A DNA stretch of 63,468 nucleotides, filler included, from Sphacelaria rigidula (GCA_964200075.2; 11 parts of 11 records of this genome joined end to end with filler, not necessarily neighbours in it), one strand, 5' to 3'. Positions 25,951 to 39,698 are shown, counted from the whole stretch's first letter. Made by a program: numbers and translations. Notes: generated from the letters alone by a model not told the origin.

Positions 25951-28900
25951 AATGGCGCGTCGGTGCAGCCTCCCCGTCCTTCCTCGCGACTTCACTCTCA
26001 CCCGCTATCCCCGCCGCTCTACCTTTTTCCACCCACACCGCGTCTCTTAAACTCAGCATAAGTCTACACAACACCAGTGATACGAAAGTCTCTCCCTCGT
26101 CGATATCGTCCGCCAGCGTGAGCGAATTAAGCGGGTCTATCGTCAGCGCCCGGATGTTTGAGCGCTCGGCGCCCGCCGCCCCCGAGGTGGGGATAGACCG
26201 GGCTTAGTTGGCTGGTCAGGCGACGCACCATACGTTGCTCAAGAGCAAGGGTCACGGAGGCATAGTGGCGGCGGAGGCCGAACAGGGATGTAGTGGTTGG
26301 TGGCGGCGGCGACGGAAACTCTTGTCGTGAGGACGATAATGATCGTCCTTGTGGGGGTACGTGGAGGCGGAGGTGGTATCGATCGATGGATTACATGAAG
26401 ATGTTGGATAACATCGCGTGGGTCAAATTCAGCTTTTAGGATCGGCTCGTTGGAGAGGAAGGGCGAGACTTCATCTCAAAGCTCCTCCAGCAATGTCCCT
26501 CCCGACGTATGTCTGCTGCTCGTGCTGCGGAGCACCCGTGGATCACCGGAGGAAACCAATCGATGGTGTCCCCGCGGCGGCTCGCGGTCCGGGCGGAGGT
26601 GGCCGCCGTGACTGCAGAAAGGGCTAGCAGCACCACTAAGCGATACGCGGCCCACGCCCGCCTAATGCAGTAGAAAGAACAGCATCAGGGAAGCGTGGAG
26701 AGAATGATGGTGATAGAGGGGACGGAGGTGGCGACGTCGGGGCGGGGGACTGGGGCGGCGGCGGCGGCGGTGGAATGTATGGGCGATGCTCGGACGAACA
26801 GAGGGAACGTGGATCCCGTTTCGTCGGAAGACATATCCCGGTCCACGTCGGCATCAGAAAACACTACCGCAACCGTATCCCCACTCACCGAGATCGCCAA
26901 CCTGGCCATGATGTCTAAGGAATGATGAGCGGTGCTGGAGGATGCGAGGCTCCGGAAGAAAGAGGTAACTACCGTCGCTGATGCTGCTGGCGCCACCGGC
27001 GCCGGAGCTTCAGAGAGGAAGGCGGAGGCCGCAGTACGCCGAGCAGAGACCCTGGTGCAGGAGGTGAAGGTGGGTGCGATTGCTACGGCCGAAGCTTTCG
27101 AGGAGTGGAAACGGCCGGAAAAAATCAGAATGTCAATCGCCGCCGTGGGCGCCACTTTTGCAGATGAACGTTCGTCGCCAACGGCAGCGGCGACGGCAAG
27201 AGAAAAGGCACGATGGTGATGTTTGGGCGACGAGCTCCACGCAGAAAAACAGCAAATAGTTTCATCGGGGGGAAGGTGTGGCTTCTCCGAGCACCGTCTC
27301 CGCCGCGGACAACGCGGCAATACTCATCGCTACAATGAGCACCGAATTTAAGGCATCCAGGGGGCAGACAGCTGGCCGTTCCTCATTTCCAATCATCAAT
27401 CTGTTCTGTGTAAAGTAAACTCTGGGTTAAAGTTCACTACTCGTTTGATCCTCATGCTGTCGAGAGGCTCATTGGTACTTGTTGAGAAGATCATGCATGT
27501 ATTTCAAGTGACTCACGGTTACTCTTTGTCGCCACGCATGGAAGGGCCGGTATCCCTGTCCGTACCCCCTCCCGAAAGGGCTGCCCATAACCGATAACTC
27601 AGAAAACGCGAACAGCAGGTCATGTCGACGACTTCAAAGCTTGTCATCTCCAGCCGGGTTCCCGGATAGCTGTTGATGGCGCGGGGTAGGCAAGAGGTTT
27701 TAGGGCACGGCCTCAGTCCTCGGGCGTGGTTAGGTCGTCTCGCAATAGTCCAGTGTTCGTCGGCATCACACATCGCACCCAATTTGTTGTTGTTGTTGTT
27801 GTTGTAATTAATGTTGCAACCATTACTGTCACCGTTGTCTCGCTGTTGTTGTTGCCGTTGCTGTTGCTCCCGTGGTCATTGGTGCTATTTGTTTTTGAGG
27901 TTATGTGCCTGTGCTTATCATCCTTGATGGAGTGGTATGTGTTTCTATGTATGGTGCACAAAAAAAAGGAGAATTGAAAAAAAAAAACAGCTATGAAATT
28001 AGTCTCAACCCCAATAAAACGCTTCCCCTAGCTATCATGAAATTGATCATGAGCAATTACCCATTTATGATCTACGACCCTCCATCGCGTGGATGCTTGT
28101 GTAGCAGCTATTCATCACCTCCGTCCGCCCACAGCGCTGCGCGAGACCCTTTTCTTGCCTGAGGTTGAGGTGACTAAATCTGCAGCAAAGATTCCTCTTG
28201 GCGCTGTGATTGCATAGATTTGGTGAACAGATACCACAGGAGTATCCATGAGATGGAAAGATATTAGATGAAAATATTGTTTCCGATCACTAAGTAGTAA
28301 CACGTGAGGGGAACAGGGCACTGTTCATCGGGGATTGGAAGCTTGTTTTTGAGCCTGAACCTCATACTTGGAAAAACCTCTGTTAAAGAGACGACTCAAC
28401 TTGAACCCGAGGGTCTTCCCTGATTGGCGGGGTGCTTGAGAAATCACAAAAAAATATTCGTTTTGTCATCACGCCATCTTGAATGTAGTAGACAACAATC
28501 CCACTGTTTTTGTGCCTTCAAAAACTGGCCAATCTCGAAAGCCTATTACGAGTCTGTCTCTGTCGGAAGACGACTACTGAGTGGTTCTATGGCAGAGGTG
28601 CACAATTTCTTTTCGAGGCCCCGCACATCAGGAGCTTCTCGATGACAAATATCTAGGCCACAGTGTGCGGCCTCAGAGAGCCTTTGGACTGAAACTTGCA
28701 CCTCTACCGTAGAATTGTCATTTTATCATACCCTGGACAATAGAATACACGGTCAAAAAATGTACTGCGTACAGTATGGAATCTACTGTCTATTGCANNN
28801 NNNNNNNNNNNNNNNNNNNNNNNNNNNNNNNNNNNNNNNNNTTAATTAATTAANNNNNNNNNNNNNNNNNNNNNNNNNNNNNNNNNNNNNNNNNNNNGGG

Positions 28901-30461
28901 GGGGGGGGGGGGGGGGGGGGCGTTCGGGCTCGCCGCCGATGTGTTGCCGATTACCCGGGGAAACATCGATGTACTGGCCGCGCCAAAGGCCGCTTAAACT
29001 TTGCTGGCCGGAGCTACAAGATCACAGCACTACACACAATAGTGCACCGAGCGTACGGGCCGGGTCGGCAGTTCCCATCTGAAACGGTCTAGCACTAAGC
29101 CAGAAAACCCCTTTTTCCGACACCATGTTTCGACCTTGCGCAATACGCTAGATAGGGTTGGCTCATCATTTTCCGCAAAGCACAGCATTTTTGTCGACGG
29201 AAGGTTCTACGCCTCATACAGGTAGCTCCCGTGACTAATAATTCAACTCTAAGTATCCAGCACAGCACTGGTTCCAAGTGAATGATTTGAACGCGAAATG
29301 ACACGAATGTCTCTAATAGCCATTTACTTCAGTGGAACTCGATCGGTCCTTCCTTGCACCATGAAATTTATACTTCGAGCATATCAACGCGTAAGGCAGA
29401 TATCGTATTTCATTGCTGTCACATTTCCAACAGAAACTTACATATTCGTAGGTGTGATCGACGCCTCTACCATGGAGTTTTGTCCCGTTTGGGGGAAAGT
29501 GGATGAAACCCGCGTTGACCCGGAGAAAGGGCCTCATACATCGGTTGACGCTTTTCCCGCTCTCGAGTACGAAGAAATTGTTCAGAATATTCCAACGGAG
29601 GAGTAAACGATATCCAGGACAAATCTAGATGTTTGTCTCCTGCCACTACACCGGTAAGTTAGTGACACTTACTTTAGGATGTCGAGGTAGAGGCTGATCG
29701 CTCCCAAAATATACTCGTCGTATTGCTGGTGTTGTCAGCGGCGACACATGAAAATAGTGAGCATCAACACAGGCACCGACATAGGCACAAGCACAAGCAC
29801 AAGCACAAGCACAAGCACACCGAATATTCGAGGAGGCGGTGAGCTGCCTAGCGTTGAATTTGGTATAAAAGGAAAGGTCACTTCGGGTGCAGACGACCAG
29901 GGTGTTTTTCAAGAACATCGTCGATGCTTGCGAGAACGGTTTTCACATTCGGGAAGAGTAAATACTTAACCCACAGAGATGGTACGATTAGTATGGATGG
30001 GCGGCTGGCAACTCACGGAAAGCGGCGGACAACTTGACGCCGGTATCGTGCAGGATGTGGGAGGGAAAGGAGGTTGATGGTTGAACTAATCACCAAGTGT
30101 ACCTGCTGAACTTCGCGCCAACAATTCGACAAATCTCACCCTTGCGGAGCTCATTCTCCTCCCTTACTGTAGAAAAATAGACTGTTCACTTCGAACAGAA
30201 ATTCTCAGCGCTATCTATTTGTTTCGGATATTTATCGACATCTATAGCATAACTACCACCAGTACTCTCGGCCAGGTACACAAGGTTCACCATTCTTGTT
30301 CAGTTTAATATAAGTAAAACATATTTCTTTGTACTGCGGAAAAAAAAATCTTCAGCCTTTTCAAGGACAAGTAAGCATACCTTGAGGGAATCTACCATCC
30401 TTTACCGCGAGTTGAATAAATATATAATACAATATACTATATTTCGGTATTTGGCTCTTAC

Positions 30462-33400
30462 CAAGCGATGCATAATCTGACTCGTGTCGTACAAAATGTA
30501 GAGGGAGAAGATGATGGCGCCAGCCAGGGAGTACAAGTAACTTTGGCGGAAGCCAAATATCGCCATCACAAAGCCCCAAATCATGAGAATCCATAGCGAG
30601 GCAAATAACGCCCCCCCCTGAGGAGAATTCAAGGACGAGAGGGGAGGAGAGCAGGGAGCACGGACAAAGGGAGGGGACATGAGTGAACGCCAACAAAACC
30701 GAAGAGTGATGCTGCGATAGGGGATGGAGGGTCGTGGGTTGATTGATCGAGTTATGGCTTCATTGATTCTCTGATCGGCGATGATCCCAGTCGTGGTCGC
30801 CGGACAGACGAACCCGAGTTGGATACCCGAAAACATTGCACGGTCAAGACGAATCAGAATCCATACGAGTCGACTCCTCACGATGCGCAAGCAGTCATGC
30901 TGTATAAACCGTTGGTTCAGCCGTGGTCTCATGAGAAGTTCGTCAAAATGGAAACAGGTACACAAAGCGAAGCAAATAACAAGATATCGTAACGTCACAA
31001 GATTGAGATGTAAATGATAAATCGATGCCTTGGGTTCATCTTACATGGTCGAAGTACGACGAAACGAAACAAGCACAGTGTTTGCGACAGAATCATTCTT
31101 GCCGATCTTCAGCTACACGCATTTTGATCGCGGCGACCTCTTCGGTGGTTCTTTTGACACGCTGTGGATCTCAGTGGCCCAGCGGACAATGACATTCGTC
31201 TACCCGCACAGTGGCCCTGTAATCAACCCGAAACCAGAGTCAGGGCTACTCGGACATTGGACCTAGTAAAAAAAAAGTGCAGCAACTTCAGATGAAACGC
31301 GGCTGCTGCTCAAGCGCTTTGCATATGTCGTAGGGCCACCTGCCGAGTAATCGTTCTCAGCCACAACGTAGGTACGCGTGGGACCGCCTGATTTTAGTGT
31401 GTTCCGAGATGAGCCAGTGACGGACCGCCTTGACAGGAGCGCGACTACTACGATCAAAAAACTGTAGCGAAATTTTCTCATTCGCAAACACTTCCATTAG
31501 TACAAAAAAGTAGTTAATTTTGTGTGTACACTGTTGCAGCTGGCGCGGGGAGGCGGTTTCAGCTACTTGAAAGGGATGGACGTACGTAGCGTTTGCGATT
31601 TTGGTTCGGACAACAACGACAAAAATACGAGTACCCGCAAGTGTGCCCATGCTCGCGAGGGTCGAACCGCTCATCGGCAACCCTCGTGTGCCCACCTGTT
31701 AAATCGGAAACATCTTCCGTGAGATCACGATGAGGATTGAAATATTTTAGGGGCCAACCGTGGCGCTTGTGCAGCAACGACCAACTCGACTTTGGATATA
31801 CGTTACTTAGTGCGCTCCTCCGCAGCGCACTTTGTAGCCTATATTTTACGATCATTTGGACCAAGCGTGGACTGCAGCGGAACTGCAAACTCACCAGAAA
31901 TGAAAAGTCAATTTTGCTCTGGAACGTGAAGAGTGTCAAACCGAGGAAAACGGCCATTGTCAGCGCGACGGCCTGAATCACTACCGTCCCCTATTGAGGT
32001 TCGCGGGGAGAACAGACGAACATGGACGGGCACAAGACACACACGACAGAAGACACGAGCACAGGCAGGCGATACAAGATGACGCACGCGCGCGCACACA
32101 CACAGATATACCGATGAGGAAACTCAATTTCACACGTGAAAATACAAAGGTTTGTAATCGTGGATCATGGGACAAGCGAGGGTGAATAAACCTTATACCT
32201 TGGCACCATCGGGGGCAAATTCTACGCCACAACACAGTTGAGGGCGGACTTTGAATCGCGGCACAGTGGCGGATGGGTTCTGGACCATGACAAAGGTCGC
32301 AGGAGCACCAGCATTGTTAGTATATGAACAGTTCAATGTTGCAGTATGTCCGATTCACAGGGGTCGCACTTGATGTAACACCACATGAATCATCATCGTG
32401 TACAAATCGACCTTGATTCCATCCTTCACCGTCTCTTTTTGTGCCGTGCAGCCTAAAGGAAGAGCCCGCCAACACCAGCCGCTTGCGACAGACTTTTTGT
32501 CACACGACTTCGGTCATCAAGTAATCTGCACCCCAAACGAGTCATGGCTTCTTCTCACTCCAGCTACGTGATTTCACACTGGAATATCGTGAAGAAATCT
32601 GACCCGTGTCCTACCACGAAGCCAACACCGCCAACCAGTTCACGCTACTCCACGACATCCAAAGCGCAAACCTGACCCAACGAGCTGGTCAGATCGCAAC
32701 TCTTGGGCAAGAGGGGTACAGGATACCCTAGGCACACGCATGGGTTGGCAAAGCTCACACAGGCGCCAAGCGGTGCCGATTTCAGTAAAACGTGGTGCTG
32801 CGCACACTCGCAAGCGCTTGCCAATGGCAGCTTCCACAAGATCCGAATCTCATTATCCCCTCACGATTCGAATCTCAGTATCCCTTCACGACCCGAATCT
32901 CAGTATCCGTCCAAGATCCAACTCTCAGTATCCCTTCAAGATTCCAACATCAGTATTTCTTCAAGATCCAAATCTCAGTATCCTTCCAAGATTCCAACAT
33001 CAGTATTTTTTCAAGATCCGAATCTCAGTATCACGTCAACATCTGGGCCTTAGAACCACTTCAAGATCCGAACGTCGGTTTTCTCACTACCCCCTCAAGG
33101 CTCAAATATCAGAGTATGCACACCAAAATCTAAGCGACAACTGAGAAATTGTTGACGAACTCGCGCGAAATCACGGATGCGGTGTCACTTACCATGCCTT
33201 GGGTTGCGTACGCAGCGCAAACGACCCCGATCGTGTACGCCATCACGAACGTCCACATTCCCAGGAGGTACATGTTCAGGGGGTATTTATCGCGATAGCT
33301 GATGGCGCACACAAACACGAAGCACAGGCGAAAGCGTCTGGTTTTTAGAGGGTATTGAAAGAGACGGCGGCATAAGAAAGTACGGGTATGCACAAAACTA

Positions 33401-34221
33401 CATGTGGAAAACAATAAGTGTTTTGGCGGCGTGCCCCGGAAATAAAAGCAAAAAAAAAACATATCAATAGAGTACCCAGTTGTACAGTGTACGATCCATT
33501 AGCGCAAACACTTGAGACATGATATATTATTTTTGCTTGTACAGGACGAGCATGTTTCAACGTGTGTATCAGAGACGCGAGAGGGAGAATGAGCACAAGC
33601 AAAAACGCTCAATCAGTGACCTTTCCAACAGAGGTCTCAATCGGTTTCTGCCTTTGGAGGTCGCAGAATTGGAAAAAATGAAAATAAATAAGCTAATCCA
33701 CAAGGGACAACGGCGACAAGACAACGAACAATCGTGTCTACTTGACCCTTGGACCGCGACGGTTGTCCATCAGACCATGCATACCGTTTTCCCGTGAACT
33801 TGATTCTGATTCGGCATATGACCTACTCTCGCCGTCAAAGGGTTGGTAAACTACCACGTCTCTTCGGACGAACAGAACAGCGATCCAAAAAATCAACAGT
33901 CTTACATGATGCTACAAAATCGAACGATGCATGACAAACCTCAAAATTCATCTGTGTACTTTTTTCGAGGTGAAAAAATTACCCTGGCTTTTCTAGCAAA
34001 TAAGCACATGGTTTTTTACTCAAACCATATATTCCTCCTCAACACGGCTCACCACAGAAGGCCGCACAATAGACCGAATGATAACAAAAATCCCACCCAT
34101 GTGGTCCACAGGTTATTGAGAATGCCCTCCCGCACTGTGTCGTTCAGGACACACACGGCAGCTACGGCGGCCGTGAAAAGCAGCTGAATCGTGAGGATGC
34201 CGTACACCTTGCGGATGAACC
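30462..34221 (-). CDS. Bax inhibitor-1/TMBIM family protein (lifeguard/GAAP-like), partial, 4 exons
   Basis: Exons 34053-34221, 33193-33298, 31895-31990 and 30462-30617 are all AG/GT and phase-compatible. Product: GFIRKVYGILTIQLLFT...CYRDKYPLNMYLL...VIQAVALTMAVFLGLTLFTFQSKIDFSFLGGALF...AIIFSLYILYDTSQIMHRL. Confidence 0.95.
32838..33130 (+). repeat. 25-bp minisatellite in a BI-1 intron
   Basis: About 8 clear copies of AAGATCCGAATCTCAGTATCCCTTC plus degenerate trailing units. Confidence 0.92.
33746..33842. mobile_element. Second, degenerate copy of the piggyBac-type MITE
   Basis: CCCTTGGACCGCGA ... TCTCGCCGTCAAAGGG, 97 bp, with an interior colinear with 23944-24041. Confidence 0.75.
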
Positions 34222-34676
34222 CTGGACAATGACACATCATAGCAACGAAACCCGAGACACGTAGACAAAAACAGCCGCCGCGACATGCGTATGAATTGTT
34301 ATATTGTGTACAATTGGAAAAGATTTCGACCCACGTGCAAGTTCGAGATGAGCAACATGCCGTACGTACGTACACCTCAGCAGACGGGTCCTGGGAAATA
34401 ACACACAACATGAAGTGCAGCATGACCATGAAATGTTCTGTACCGAAAGTCGAATATGGTTTTCAACGCAATGCTTCTTACTAGCGGGGGGGGGGGGAGG
34501 GGGGGGGGGAAAGATTTGTTGCTGGCCTTAGGGGTTGGACGATTGGCCACGCGTGCTTTTGTTACTAGGGGGGGGGNNNNNNNNNNNNNNNNNNNNNNNN
34601 NNNNNNNNNNNNNNNNNNNNTTAATTAATTAANNNNNNNNNNNNNNNNNNNNNNNNNNNNNNNNNNNNNNNNNNNN

Positions 34677-34845
34677 CAGTCTCTTCCCCTCCTCGACCGT
34701 TGAGTCGAATTTTGTGTAACCACGACATAGTCGCTCTCCACTGTTGGGCATGGTGTGAGAAAAATCCCAGATCGCTCCGAGATTTGAAGCCACGACCCAA
34801 GCGTCAGAAGGTTTCGAGGTCATCAACTGGGCCACCGGGGCGACC
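34677..34845 (-). mobile_element. tRNA-derived SINE copy, truncated by the contig edge
   Basis: The reverse complement aligns with about 49680-49850 over the tRNA head and core. Confidence 0.88.
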
Positions 34846-35238
34846 GGCGTATACATTTCCAGAAATTGGTGTCGAAACAGCAATTTTGAACGCTTGAAAT
34901 CGAATGTTATCTAGGTAAACGTCCATTTCGATCAATACCACGTTCCATGAGTGACTCGTCCTCAAGAGCTGGAGGTGCAACCCAGCAAACCAAACGTACT
35001 TTGGTACTTTACTGACTGAACGCAAGAGGTACATAATCATCACGTGGTACCTACGCGGCAGAATTCCATACGACTGGGAAACCTACAACAGACGATGTTT
35101 GTTTTCATCGTACCAGAGTCAGAAGATGTGACAGCATGTTCGAGGTCCCCGCCCCCAAACACGTCCACTCCACATCTCCTGCCAAGAAGGCGCCTACATC
35201 ACTGTCATGCTTCTGAGCTCTCATGATAATGCTCGTAC

Positions 35239-38200
35239 CTCGTCGATCATGATGAGCCCGACGGAAGACACGAGAGCACCGTCGCCGCCCTTTCGAGTCA
35301 CAACATCCCATTTTTCAGGCGTTGTGACGATCACCTGTGTAAGGAAGAGGTGCGGTGGTGATAGAAATCAGCGACTCACGACAAGACGCCGCCGAGGTAA
35401 GCGGCACAGCTGAACATGGGCACATGTTAAGGGAGCACACCCGGACAAATCGGGGGACAGATGAAAAGGCCGGCGATACTACATGCATTTGACTCTGCTG
35501 AACGGTGCGATGTGATGTATCAATGAGTTAATGCAATACACCATCGGCCCCAGCAAGCAACGGAGGTGGGCGCGGACTCAAAATATTGGGGAACCGCGCA
35601 GAGCTAAAAAACAAAAAAACAGGTCGGGAGCATAGGTGCCAGGGACGAAATCAACGAATTAACAAGAAGCCTAACGCAGCAGCTCGAACAAAAGCGATAC
35701 TTTTTCCCCATTGTCTTTTTTTGGGTATTACTTTCGACCTCATGCCCCTTCCACGGGATACGACCCGCGTCTGAACACAGTGTGGAGGTTACGGATCACA
35801 AGATGAGCGTGCCGGTCAGCCCGCAGCATACCGCGTCCACGCTTCCACTCGATGTGATACCGAGACAAAAGTAGCAACCACGACGAAACGCGAAGAGATG
35901 TATGGCAGAACCTTGCCTGCGAGCCTTCGACCTCTTGCTTGCTGAGCTGCATATCTCCAGTGTACTCTCGAACCACCTGAACAAACGTGCAGAACGGAAT
36001 AAGTCCCTCCAAACCCCTTCAATAGCAACATGCGACTCAAGGCCAGTACAGTATCGGTGTCTTGGCAACCTCTCAGGAAAGAGGTCCCATACCTTCAAAC
36101 GGCCAAAACATAGCAGGTCAACCAGAAAGACAAATACCGGAAAAACTAATCGATTATCCACATTTTAATTCTACGAACGGCGGGTTGAATGCAACACTCT
36201 GAAAAACGAGAATACCCTCACCATATATCCAAGATGAACTACATGCCGGCCGCAGTATTCCGTTCACTACCCACCTTCCGACGCTTACAGATTCCGGAAG
36301 GATCACAGTTGCAAATTCGGGTATCGACAACCGATGTGGCGGCAACAAAAAACCGTCGATGAAGCAAGAGAGTAGCTTAAGCGCACCCAGGACTGTCATT
36401 TCTTCATCTCCTGTGTGTCCGGGTTAAGTAGCGGGAGCTGGACGCATCCGATTGCGCCATTGTGAGGAGATAATCTTATGTGGCTGTGTAGAAAGAGGAC
36501 AGGCTGAATCTTATTTTGTTTCAGGCTAAATACAGAAGCCAGCCCGCACTCTCTGTGGAATTCAAAAATAGATACGCTATGGCGCAGAGGGAGGATTGAT
36601 TTTTCCAGGATGGACATGCAGGGCGCTGCACAGCATGGCAGAATGCCTCCCGCGAATCGAACACCGTGCCCTCCCATGAATGTAACCATCCCTACAAAGT
36701 GAGGTCAGCCATGCGTTACGATATTGCATAGTAATATGCTGTAGTACCATCCTGAAGTTCAACTGTTGGACTGAAGCTCTAAAGGTTTGCGCCGTCAAAT
36801 CTTCCTGTTTCAGGCCACATGACATGACACTGTACTCCCGAGTGCTAACTACTCGAGAGCCGATGGTCTTTCTAGCAAAGTTCTGAAGAGACGAGAACAT
36901 TATCCACAAGCAAGCATCAAAGCCGCGCTGTCAGAGTACAATAACCCGGTTACCACGACAGCTCAGATACGCGGCCTACGCCAAAAGGTCATCGGCCGTC
37001 GCGTCCTGGTGATGTTCTGGCCGCACCCTGCCGTGTGCTCTCGATTGACCCTCTCGGCAACTGAACTCCATTAGACAGCTTTCACGGAGCACAAATGCAA
37101 AGATGGACTATGATGAGCGCATGACAGTAGTATCTGATTTCATAGGGATACATCCAGGAGCTTCTTGCGACTACCCTCGAAATCTCGTCTGCTCACCAGT
37201 CCTAGGGGCTTGAGTCTCTGCGAAAACTTGGCCACAACTTCTTGGGCCAAGGCCTTCATGGGAGCAACGTAGATGGCCTTGATACCGGTCCGGTCCAGAG
37301 CTCCGCCGATGATGTGCTGCCGAACCAACTGCATGTACATTCCGACCCAAGAACGACATGCACACGATTTGTATTCGCAAGACTTCCGACTGTGTACGGT
37401 TACAAACCGTGCAACAGTCATGCACGAACCATGCCCATGGAGCACAGTCAGCATCGGCGCTGTTGCGCTGTATCCCACGATTCCGAATTATTATCATGTT
37501 TCCCCCCATTACATAGCGTCAATGGTCAAATGACTAAGGCAAGCAAAAAATGAGTACGCCCCCCCCCCCCCATTACATAGCGCGTTTTCCCCCAAAACAA
37601 AGCGACGTCACCGGCGTCAGTCTGTCCAGTGATGCCCTGTGAACTTGCCTGCAGGAGAGCAAGCATGGCCACGTTGGTTTTACCGGCACCCGTCGGGGCA
37701 CACACCAACAGATTCTCGGACGTCTTGAATGCCGCTTGGTACACCTACCGAAGAAGAGATGAGAGAAACATACGCAGTCGGTCGATACAAAATCCGACAG
37801 AATTCCTGCGTGACATCTCGAGGGTGATGATACCCACGCACCACAACACAGAATCACACAGCAACAAGGATAGCAAGAATCGACTAGAACGGTCGCCCAC
37901 ACGTCCCGGCACACCGGCACAGCTCGAAACTTTCGTTTGCAAACCCCCGAACGATGCGGGATGATGACAACTATGAATTGAGTGCTCATGCCTTCACAAT
38001 TGGCATACCGATAACATGCAAAAATTTGGGCCCCGTGGATGGACACGAACGCCTCTGTCATGACCCCGACCTACAACCACCATCCATCACACTAACGCAA
38101 AGTACCGTACAAGCACTGATTATCCTGTAGCGATGCGCAAACACCAAAGCGCCCCGGAATCCCGACTGTTGGTATCCGTATCAACGTTTTCCACCGTTGT

Positions 38201-38541
38201 ACCGAACACGAGCACCCGGAGATCTTCGGCTTGCCTTGCTCTGCATGGGGTTGAGTCGCTTGGTACCCTTGAACGCCAGCTGCGCCCAGGCATCTAGATC
38301 GGTTATTGGCACAAGGTCGCCTTGATCCTTGATCTCAGGCTTCTTAGGCGCAGGAATATGAACCTGTAAAAAAGGGCATCCGTGAATACGAGAAGCCGTC
38401 GTGATAGTGTAGGATCGGCTCGGCCAGCGATCACGTTATGCCTTAGATCAGTACGTGAGAGAGCCGGTCAAGGCTCATGGTGAGAAAGATAAATGCGTGG
38501 GAGGGCCGGTTGGTGTGTATGGCGCGAAATACGTCAGCGGC

Positions 38542-38575
<34 letters not shown>

Positions 38576-39698
38576 GCAACAGCAACACCATGACCTACTA
38601 GCCCACCTGCTCATATTGCCCAGCCACGATAGTCTTGGTGGCCCCGAAAGGCAAGCCAGATCTCCGATCATGCCACTCGCGGGTACCCTCCGGAGCCAGG
38701 CCGGCGAGCATCATTTTTTCCTCGTCCCACTCCCCCGCCGCGCCGCCTGCGCCTGCCATGGCTCCACCCGCTTGAAGACCGAGCAGTCGTTCCTGCGCGA
38801 GATGGTTTCGTAGTTTCATGAGAAGGGCAAATATCGACGGAGGCGAAGCTATGATTGATCACGAGCGGGGTTCGTATGATGTGCACCTGATCTTTTTTCC
38901 ATGTGCAATAGATGATTATGGCAGCGAAGTGATCTGTGCGGGGGGCCAACGCTCAACACACCGCGCCCCTGACTCCAGGCGTGTCTTTTAGCAACAAAAG
39001 CTGTCTGGCTAACAGCTGCTGCCGCCTCAATCAGCTGCTTGGCTACATACCAACCAGGGGTTTACATACGATACATGCTTAGATATTTTGCCTAAAACTG
39101 GGGATACCCTTGTACTCACATAGCATCGTGACAATATTCTGGCCCTAGCAGCGTTGATTTCGTCTCCGGCGATGGTTAAAGCGCTGTGTTCGTTTTGCGA
39201 ACTGACGTTAAATGCAAAACGCACTACTTGAAGACTGAACCACGCTATTCACAAATGGAAAGAAGAGGACCGTTGAAAGCTTCTCCAAAGGTCGCCGGAA
39301 TTCCACCGTTTGCGGGTGGAACAGCTTATTCACGGCACACCAGCTGACTGTTACCCCTCCCACAAGCAAGAAACTTCAGCAATCGCCGAGCAACACTGAG
39401 CTTCAACAACTCGATTGAAGGCATTGCCACTCTTTACGATACGGCGAGTTTCCTGTTACGTTACGAGACCGCACACACCTGTTTGAGATATTCATCTTCG
39501 AACCCCACCGACTGCAGCCAGTCCAAACCGCCGCCCGCACCTGCCCCGCCGGTGCCTCGAGCCCCAACCCCACCTCCTTGCTGCTGCTGATTGCCTCCGC
39601 GTTTGTGGGCTTTTCGTTGGTCTTTTTTGCGTTGTTTCTCCGCCTCTTTTTCCGAAGTTGACCATATCTTGACCTGCTGTGATATGCTGGGACCAGCT
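35239..39698 (-). CDS. ASCC3: Activating signal cointegrator 1 complex subunit 3 (Slh1/Ski2-like DExH helicase), partial, 7 exons
   Basis: Exons 39479-39698, 38607-38792, 38235-38363, 37649-37744, 37197-37328, 35917-35976 and 35239-35334 join in frame. Product: ...[42 protein letters not shown]...[13 protein letters not shown]...[58 protein letters not shown] and TGDMQLSK favour ASCC3 over Brr2. Confidence 0.93.
38541..38588 (+). repeat. (CAA/CAG)n microsatellite in an ASCC3 intron
   Basis: Directly visible. Confidence 0.95.

Noticed and set aside
32838..33130. 25-bp repeats as a CRISPR array or repeat protein
   Set aside because: The units are head-to-tail with no spacers, the period is not a multiple of 3, and they lie inside an intron of the minus-strand BI-1 gene.
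35260..35290. Apparent frameshift in the ASCC3 exon suggested by ORF 35105..35311
   Set aside because: That ORF is a different frame. The spliced frame reads [17 protein letters not shown] without interruption.
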